This document shows positions 58,046 through 64,000 of a DNA stretch of 64,000 bases, one piece after another. The stretch is from a virus (taxonomy: Duplodnaviria > Caudoviricetes): the IMG/VR virus record IMGVR_UViG_3300027804_000038, positions 128,001 to 192,000 of that record. The stretch is one strand, 5' to 3'. The translations under genes and the position numbers were made by a program. Numbering within the stretch: the stretch's first letter is position 1; each line of letters opens with the position of its first letter. The notes under the pieces are model-generated. The model worked only from the letters and a program-made list of their open reading frames with translations. It did not search any database and was not told the DNA's origin.

Positions 58046-58264
58046 ATGCAAACACTAATTTTTGACACAAAAAATAAAAAAACTACACTACATGCTGGAC
58101 ATGTTGTAAACACTGATGCACTATTTTCTTATAATGACACACCTACAGTTCAGGTTAGAGATGGATTTTATGAAGTTATGTATAAACCATCTGATGTCGA
58201 TAAAGCAATACCTGTATTAAGAGTTCCTATTTCAAATACAAACATGATTATTAAAAATTTATAA
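58046..58264 (+). CDS. hypothetical protein (72 aa)
   Basis: ATG 58046 preferred over the TTG at 58040, which lies inside the promoter. Confidence 0.7.
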   Translation: MQTLIFDTKNKKTTLHAGHVVNTDALFSYNDTPTVQVRDGFYEVMYKPSDVDKAIPVLRVPISNTNMIIKNL

Positions 58265-58265
58265 T

Positions 58266-58499
58266 ATGGATTTACAAAAACCAAAGATTGATTTAAGAAA
58301 GATGGATTTTGTCAATTGTGACAAATGCGGTAGCAAAGAATTTAAAGAGATTACATACCTCAAAAAAGTACCAAAAATATTAACAGGTTCCGTAGATGAT
58401 ACCATTGTACCATTCCCAACGTATGCTTGTTTATCTTGCGGGCATGTAAATAAAGAGTTGAACCCTTTTGATATTGATTCTCCACAATTAGAACTATGA
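58266..58499 (+). CDS. small Zn-ribbon protein
   Basis: CDKCG...CLSCGH (two CxxC motifs). Confidence 0.75.
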   Translation: MDLQKPKIDLRKMDFVNCDKCGSKEFKEITYLKKVPKILTGSVDDTIVPFPTYACLSCGHVNKELNPFDIDSPQLEL

Positions 58500-59275
58500 T
58501 AAATAAAATTGTTCACTTTAGTGACCTTCACGTAAGGTTATATAAGGACCACGCCCTTTACAAAGGTATTTTGGAAGATGCTTTTAGACAATGGAAAGAT
58601 ATTGCTCCTGATAGAATTGTATTCACTGGCGACTTGGTTCATAGTAAGAACCAAATGACACCTGAACTTGTTGAGTTTATCGCTTGGGTATTGACCGAGT
58701 GTTCAAAGATTGCCAAAACAATTTTAATCCCTGGCAACCACGACTTCCTTGAAAACAATATGGAACGATTGGATGCCCTAACACCTGTGGTTGACTCACT
58801 TAAAAATGAAATGGTTGTTTACTACAAGAATAGAGGAGTATACCCCGACCAAAATATTGATTGGTGCGTGTATTCACTTATGGACCATAACATTCCACCT
58901 ACAATTGAAAAATCTGATAGAGTTAAGATTGGGTTGTTTCACGGACCAGTACAAGGACTTACAACCAACTTAGGTTTTAAGTTTGAGGATGGATTTGAAA
59001 CCTCAAAGTTTGACGGATGTGATTTGGTATTCTGTGGCGATATTCATAAGAGACAAATCTTTGATATACCTGGTGGAAAGAAGGCGTATATGATTGGCTC
59101 GACTATTTGCCAAAATTATGGAGAAACTGTTACAAAACATGGATATGGGATTTATAATGTTGAGAAAGACGAATATACTGTTGTTGATTTACATAACCCA
59201 AAACCATTCGTGGCCTTTAGAATAAACTCATACGAAGATATTGAAAATGGAACAGAAAAATTCGTTAACTATTGA
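58496..59275 (+). CDS. sbcD: metallophosphoesterase, SbcD/Mre11/gp47-like nuclease
   Basis: HFSDLH, FTGDLVH, IPGNHD, LFHG, CGDIH motifs; near the SbcC gene. Confidence 0.85.
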   Translation: MINKIVHFSDLHVRLYKDHALYKGILEDAFRQWKDIAPDRIVFTGDLVHSKNQMTPELVEFIAWVLTECSKIAKTILIPGNHDFLENNMERLDALTPVVDSLKNEMVVYYKNRGVYPDQNIDWCVYSLMDHNIPPTIEKSDRVKIGLFHGPVQGLTTNLGFKFEDGFETSKFDGCDLVFCGDIHKRQIFDIPGGKKAYMIGSTICQNYGETVTKHGYGIYNVEKDEYTVVDLHNPKPFVAFRINSYEDIENGTEKFVNY

Positions 59276-59741
59276 TTTATCAAAACAAGATATTGAAGAC
59301 TTTAATTCATTTTGTAAACTAAATGAAATAACAGATTCAGAAGGGTTTGCTAAATTATGTTTTCGTAAAGGATATTATGTTGAGAAATATGGGTTACTAA
59401 ACCAAGGTAATTTGCCAGACATTATTGAACGAGAACTTGAAAAAGAAGTCATCAAAGAGGTTATTGTTGAGAAGGAAGTAATTGTTGAAAAACCAATAAT
59501 TGATAACCAAAAAGTTGAAGAATTACAAAATGAGATTTATATTTTAAAGGGTAAGTTAGAGAACCAAAAAGAAGTTGAGTGTGGCAAACTCCAAGACACA
59601 CTAATGGAATTAAATAGACAACTTGGAGATAAAAACGAAACAATAAAAGAATTAAGAAATAAGGTTAACGACCTTGAGAATCTAACAAAAACTTCTTATG
59701 CTTTTTATCTAAAAAATTCAAATTTAAAAGACAGATTATGA
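59247..59741 (+). CDS. hypothetical coiled-coil protein
   Basis: EKEVIKEVIVEKEVIVEK repeat and heptads; ATG 59247 preferred over TTG 59241. Confidence 0.65.
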   Translation: MEQKNSLTIDLSKQDIEDFNSFCKLNEITDSEGFAKLCFRKGYYVEKYGLLNQGNLPDIIERELEKEVIKEVIVEKEVIVEKPIIDNQKVEELQNEIYILKGKLENQKEVECGKLQDTLMELNRQLGDKNETIKELRNKVNDLENLTKTSYAFYLKNSNLKDRL

Positions 59742-60094
59742 TTACAATATTATTAGCTTGGTTTATTATGAGTTATGGACTCATGAACATTATGGTTTAT
59801 GGTTCAATTTTCAAAGGATTTAGAAAATTCTTTTCAGACTGGGGTGAATCCAAGTACGCTCCATTTAGCGGTGTAGGGGAATTTATTTCAGGTATTTTAT
59901 CTTGTCCTATGTGTTTTAGTACTTGGGGAGGATTTTTCTTAGGGTTCTTTATCTACTCACCATCACATGAACTATTACAAACACACGAATATATTTCATG
60001 GTTCTTTGATGGTATCTTATCTTCAGGGGCAGTTTGGGCAATAAACGCAATAATAGAATGGTTTGAACAAAATAGACCAAATAACAACAATTAA
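59738..60094 (+). CDS. small membrane protein, DUF1360-like
   Basis: Hydrophobic helices and a CPMCFSTW motif. Confidence 0.6.
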   Translation: MITILLAWFIMSYGLMNIMVYGSIFKGFRKFFSDWGESKYAPFSGVGEFISGILSCPMCFSTWGGFFLGFFIYSPSHELLQTHEYISWFFDGILSSGAVWAINAIIEWFEQNRPNNNN

Positions 60095-60105
60095 AAATAT
60101 AAATT

Positions 60106-60282
60106 ATGCCAAAATCAAGACAAAGAAAAAACCACAAAAAGAAAGTACAAGCACGTAAGCTTAGAATTAAAGGTATCCAAAATAAGTACCAAAACTTATT
60201 TAACAAAGAAATGTCCAAATATCTTGAAAGTCTTAGCGGAGAAACGGCTCAAAATGAGACAGAGACCACAACAAGTATTTAA
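60106..60282 (+). CDS. small basic protein (58 aa; MPKSRQRKNHKKKVQARKLRIKG...), not in the ORF track
   Basis: Read manually: ATG at 60106, TAA at 60280-60282. Fills the gap before SbcC. Confidence 0.65.
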   Translation: MPKSRQRKNHKKKVQARKLRIKGIQNKYQNLFNKEMSKYLESLSGETAQNETETTTSI

Positions 60283-60319
60283 TTTATTTTCAACCCCCGT
60301 AGATTATACACCTATTAAA

Positions 60320-62647
60320 ATGATAAAAGATTTAGATTTTTCAAAATTAGAAAATCCATACATACAAGTAGTTTGGGAAGACTTTCCTGAAAATTTTACA
60401 CAAGAAAAATTAAAAAGTGTAAAACACTATTTTCAGAAAAAGTATCAGACTACTAGTGTTAATGTTATTACTAAACTTAAAAAATCTGAAGATGTTGAGG
60501 ATAATATTGATGTTTCATTAAATATAATGGACAAAAACTACCAACATGAACTTATTAAAAGTTTATTGGAAAGTAAAAATCAAGGAACTCAATATGATGA
60601 AATTATCAAAATAGATAATGTTGTTGAGAACAAAATGTTGTCAGAACAAGAAGAGACTACAGCATTTAAAAAATGGTATATAAGAAACATAGAGTTTTCT
60701 AATTTCTTATCGTATGGGGATAATCAAAAACTTGATTTTGAAAAAATAAATGGTATTACTGTTGTTGAATCAGCCCCACCTAACTTTGGAGGTAAAACAG
60801 TATTATCCGTTGATTTACTTCTGTTTTTATTCTTTAACACAACTACTAAAACAAATAAAGCTGAAGAAATCTTTAATAGATTTTCAAATAGTAATAAAGT
60901 TACTGTTAAAGGTGAAATTATAATTGACGGTGAAGATTATATTATTGTTCGTGAACTTGAAAGAAAACTATCTAAATCTGGAGAATGGAATGTTAAAACA
61001 GAGTTAGATTTTTTTAAGAGATATTCAGATGGTTCCTTAGTTAAGTTCACAGGAGAACAAAGAAGAGAAACCGAGAACTTTATAAAGGCCTCAATCGGAA
61101 GTTACGATGACTTTCTAATGACAATCCTAACCACTGGTACTAACTTAGAAGATTTGCTTGAAGCAAAACCGACCGCTAGAGGACAAGTACTATCAAGATT
61201 TTTAGGTTTAGATTTTTTAAAAAAGAAGGAAGAAATAGGAAAACAGGTATATTCTGATTTTTCTAAATCTATGATTTCAAACATCTACAATACTGAAAGT
61301 TTAAAAACTCAAAATGATGAACTTAATGTTTCGATAACTAATTTAAAGGATGTAATTGAACAATGTGAAATCAAAATAGTAGATGTAAAAGGAAGACTAC
61401 AAAAAGGACAGGAATATCGTGACAATTTGTTATCACAAAAAGTTACAGTAGAAAAAGAATTAACTCTTTTGAATCCCGACCAAACCAAGAAAGAAATTGA
61501 GGGATTTGAATCTCAAATTAAACAAAATATCTCTCTACGTGACGGTGTTAAAATTGTTGAACCTTCAGAGTTCTATAAAGAAAACGAACACGATAAAGTT
61601 AAAGAAGAATACCAAACGGCCTATAGAGAAAAGGTTGAGATTGACACTAACATCAATGGTATTAACAAACTAAAGAGTTCGGTTAGTGGTGGAATCAAGT
61701 GCGAACATTGTGGAATTGAACTAATGAATGCATCTATTACACAATCCAGAATTGCTGAACTTGATGGATTTGCCCTTCGTAAAACCGAGATTGAGAAGTT
61801 AATGCAGGAATTATCAGACAAAGAACAAGGTTTTGTTAAGTTGAAAAAAGACTTTGATGAGTATGAAAGAAACAAACTTGTGTATGAAAAATACCAAGCA
61901 ACGATTGAAAACCTACAAACAAAGAAAGAAACTTTGGAAGGAAAACTAGGTAGATATGTGGAGATGCAAGACGTAATTAAAACTAATGAACAGATTGAAT
62001 CTCAAATAATAAAGGCTAATTTAAGATTGGATGAATTAAAAAGAGAAGAAAGTGAAATAAATAAAACAATCTCAAATTCTGAATTTCAAATTAAACAAAA
62101 CCAAGAAAAAATTGAAGGTAATCTAAAAACAATTCAAAAAATATTAGAAGAACAAGAGAAAGAAACTAAATACAAGTTATATTTGGAATTGTTTGGTAAA
62201 AACGGAATTGCTAAAAGAATCATGAAAAATATGATGCCTTTGATTAATTCTGAGTTACAAAGATTATTACAAGATTCATGTTACTTTAGACTTGAGATTC
62301 GTATTAGTGAGAAGAATGAAGTTGAGTTTTGGATGATTGATAATAATACTCAAATTGAAAAATTAATGGTTTCAGGGTCAGGATATGAGAAAACTATTGC
62401 TTCGTTAGCTCTAAGAGCGGTATTGTCAAAAGTATGTTCATTACCAAAACCTAACGTGGTTGTTTTTGACGAAGTTTTTGGTAAAATATCTAACGATAAT
62501 TTGGAACTTGTTTATGAGTTCTTTATAAAAATAAAAGAATATTTTGAAAATATTTTTGTTATCACCCACAATCCCATGATTAGCCAATGGGCCGACAACA
62601 CAGTAAAAGTTAAAAAAGTTGATAACATCAGTAAAATAGTTAATTGA
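60320..62647 (+). CDS. sbcC: SbcC/Rad50/gp46-like SMC ATPase
   Basis: IEFSNFLSYG, NFGGKT, CEHC zinc hook, long coiled coil, SGSGYEK, VVFDEVFG, VITHN. Start moved to ATG 60320 because the 60224 start overlaps the basic ORF. Confidence 0.88.
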   Translation: MIKDLDFSKLENPYIQVVWEDFPENFTQEKLKSVKHYFQKKYQTTSVNVITKLKKSEDVEDNIDVSLNIMDKNYQHELIKSLLESKNQGTQYDEIIKIDNVVENKMLSEQEETTAFKKWYIRNIEFSNFLSYGDNQKLDFEKINGITVVESAPPNFGGKTVLSVDLLLFLFFNTTTKTNKAEEIFNRFSNSNKVTVKGEIIIDGEDYIIVRELERKLSKSGEWNVKTELDFFKRYSDGSLVKFTGEQRRETENFIKASIGSYDDFLMTILTTGTNLEDLLEAKPTARGQVLSRFLGLDFLKKKEEIGKQVYSDFSKSMISNIYNTESLKTQNDELNVSITNLKDVIEQCEIKIVDVKGRLQKGQEYRDNLLSQKVTVEKELTLLNPDQTKKEIEGFESQIKQNISLRDGVKIVEPSEFYKENEHDKVKEEYQTAYREKVEIDTNINGINKLKSSVSGGIKCEHCGIELMNASITQSRIAELDGFALRKTEIEKLMQELSDKEQGFVKLKKDFDEYERNKLVYEKYQATIENLQTKKETLEGKLGRYVEMQDVIKTNEQIESQIIKANLRLDELKREESEINKTISNSEFQIKQNQEKIEGNLKTIQKILEEQEKETKYKLYLELFGKNGIAKRIMKNMMPLINSELQRLLQDSCYFRLEIRISEKNEVEFWMIDNNTQIEKLMVSGSGYEKTIASLALRAVLSKVCSLPKPNVVVFDEVFGKISNDNLELVYEFFIKIKEYFENIFVITHNPMISQWADNTVKVKKVDNISKIVN

Positions 62648-62688
62648 TGTTATCAATTCCTAAGTATCTTTTATTTTTAAAAATATTT

Positions 62689-62720
62689 TTTGGATTTTAG
62701 TTGAAATTAATGTAGTTTTG
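62689..62720 (+). promoter_or_regulatory. Bacteroidota sigma-A consensus promoter
   Basis: TTTG(62689-92)-N20-TAGTTTTG(62713-20), an exact match to TTTG-N19/21-TAnnTTTG, 13 nt before ATG 62734. Confidence 0.65.
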
Positions 62721-62733
62721 TAAAAAATTAAAT

Positions 62734-63276
62734 ATGAGTTATTTCTTATTTGTTTACGGTGATTATCAGGAGCATCTATTTGTAATAAAGAATATTGCAA
62801 AAATGTTAAATAAAGTTTCATCTGATGATGTAAAATATCAGTATGGTGATGCAGGTGCAATATTTCACTTCAAATCTATATACAGTGTTGAAGAATTGAA
62901 AAATTCAATAACTCCATCACTTAAAGAATTATCCGCAATGTTTTTCTTATTTAAAAACACTGATAATATAACATATAATTTCCAAGACAAAGAAATTGAA
63001 AATCATCTAATGAATTTTTCTGACAATGTGTCAGAAAATGACAATAAGTCAGATGAATTTAAAACGTATAGTTATGATGTCCCATTGGACTATTTAGAAG
63101 AATTTTCACAAATTCTTAACGAATATATGTCAAATTCCACTTATACCGATACTACAACTGAAATTAAAACCGAAAAGAAATTATCTTTGGACGAATTATT
63201 GGATAAGATTAATGAAAATGGAATTAATAGTTTAACTGAAATCGAAAAAAAACAATTATATGAGTATTCTAAGTGA
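62734..63276 (+). CDS. hypothetical protein (180 aa)
   Basis: Follows the promoter; C-terminal LSLDELLDKINENGINSLTEIEKKQL; overlaps the sigma gene start. Confidence 0.7.
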   Translation: MSYFLFVYGDYQEHLFVIKNIAKMLNKVSSDDVKYQYGDAGAIFHFKSIYSVEELKNSITPSLKELSAMFFLFKNTDNITYNFQDKEIENHLMNFSDNVSENDNKSDEFKTYSYDVPLDYLEEFSQILNEYMSNSTYTDTTTEIKTEKKLSLDELLDKINENGINSLTEIEKKQLYEYSK

Positions 63277-64000
63277 AGAAAAAAATGACAAAAATGTATC
63301 ACCAATCAATCAAGAAGAGATTCAGTATTATCTGAAAGAACTTAGAAAGATTAAAGTAATGACTCCTGAAAGGGAGAGAGAGCTGTCTGCGAAAATACAA
63401 AGTGAAAGCATCACAGATAAACAAAGACAAGAGATAAACCAAGAATTATTGAGAGGTAATTTAAGATTTGTTATCACAATTGCGAAACAGTACCAAAATC
63501 AAGGGATTGATTTATCTGATTTAATTGCCGAAGGAAATATCGGATTAATGAGGGCGATAAATAATTTTGATTGGACAAAAAATCTAAGATTTATTTCTTA
63601 TGCGGTTTGGTGGATTAGACAGTCAATACTACAATGTTTAAACGAGAACTCAAGGACTATTCGAATACCTGTGAATGTTGTTCAAGATTTACATAAAGAG
63701 AAAAAAAGAGTAGAGAAAACAGGTGACCAAATGGACTCAAGATTCATTAACCTACCGTCAGTAATTAATTTAGAAAGTCAAATTAATGAAGATGGAGACA
63801 CCTTGATTGACTTAATTGAGAATAAAGATTCATTAATGCCTGACCATTCGTTTAATAATGATAAACAAGTTAAAGAAGGTTTATTGAATTTATTAGATGT
63901 TTTAGATGACAGAGAAAAACAAATCATTATGGATTATTATGGACTGTCAGGGACCCCAAGAACCTTAGAAGATATTGGACAAGATTTTAATTTAACAAAA
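63260..64000 (+). CDS. phage-encoded sigma-70 family factor (RpoD-like, truncated at the window end)
   Basis: Translated manually: YYLKELRKIKVMTPERE (1.2), NLRFVITIAKQYQNQG..LSDLIAEGNIGLMRA...RFISYAVWWIRQSILQ (region 2), LDDREKQII..YYGL...RTLEDIGQDFNLT (region 4). Confidence 0.92.
   Translation, partial: MSILSEEKNDKNVSPINQEEIQYYLKELRKIKVMTPERERELSAKIQSESITDKQRQEINQELLRGNLRFVITIAKQYQNQGIDLSDLIAEGNIGLMRAINNFDWTKNLRFISYAVWWIRQSILQCLNENSRTIRIPVNVVQDLHKEKKRVEKTGDQMDSRFINLPSVINLESQINEDGDTLIDLIENKDSLMPDHSFNNDKQVKEGLLNLLDVLDDREKQIIMDYYGLSGTPRTLEDIGQDFNLTK

Noticed and set aside
60224-60319. Track start of SbcC (TTG 60224)
   Set aside because: It overlaps the basic 58-aa ORF; ATG 60320 is preferred.
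2881-62860. Numerous short antisense or alternate-frame ORFs in the track (e.g. 2881-3084, 13254-13556, 27887-28375, 42870-43238, 53261-53602, 55073-55466, 62441-62860)
   Set aside because: They are nested in well-supported genes, have shadow-frame composition and show no motifs or dedicated promoters.
1-64000. Alternative genetic code (TAG or TGA reassignment), as in some large phages
   Set aside because: Genes up to 2070 aa are uninterrupted under the standard code and tile the window. The annotated genes I checked end in TAA or TGA; the lack of TAG stops is compatible with AT richness.
1-64000. tRNA, rRNA or other structured ncRNA genes
   Set aside because: Intergenic gaps are mostly under 100 bp and AT-rich, and I saw no cloverleaf/TTCGA-type motifs in them. 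tRNAscan-SE or Infernal would be needed to confirm.

Overview
AT-rich, densely coding, almost entirely + strand segment of a large (jumbo-type) myovirus genome, most likely infecting Bacteroidota. The host call is inferred from a Bacteroidota-type primary-sigma homolog (RFISYAVWWIRQSILQ), TTTG-N19/20-TAnn(A/T)TTG promoters, near-absence of Shine-Dalgarno sites, and SprB/delta-60 adhesin repeats. Gene order: end of a probable tape-measure gene, then giant tube-initiator-like, gp53/LysM-like and hub-like baseplate genes (1-11951); two small late genes; a replication/nucleotide block of gp32-like SSB, RecA/UvsX, 5'-3' exonuclease, DnaB, NrdB, NrdA and a flavodoxin-family protein (12951-21998); gp25, gp6 and about 28 kb of baseplate, tail-fibre and adhesin genes (22178-52231); RuvC-like resolvase; a two-gene adhesin cassette that is the only convincing - strand unit (52912-55882); primase, ParB-like membrane protein, PD-(D/E)XK nuclease, SbcD/SbcC separated by three small genes, and a truncated sigma-70 gene. 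I found no tRNA, CRISPR array, intron/intein, integrase, reverse transcriptase or stop-codon recoding. Best leads: (i) a repeated modular adhesin system built from a ~72-aa SprB/Ig-like module and a Cys-rich module; (ii) a shared N-terminal motif that may target a redox enzyme into the capsid; (iii) two promoter classes driving near-leaderless mRNAs; (iv) a gp32-type SSB with a bacterial SSB C-terminal tail; (v) a 1.4-kb block bounded by 15-bp direct repeats that includes a membrane-anchored ParB-like protein. All family assignments are by-eye motif recognition, not database searches.
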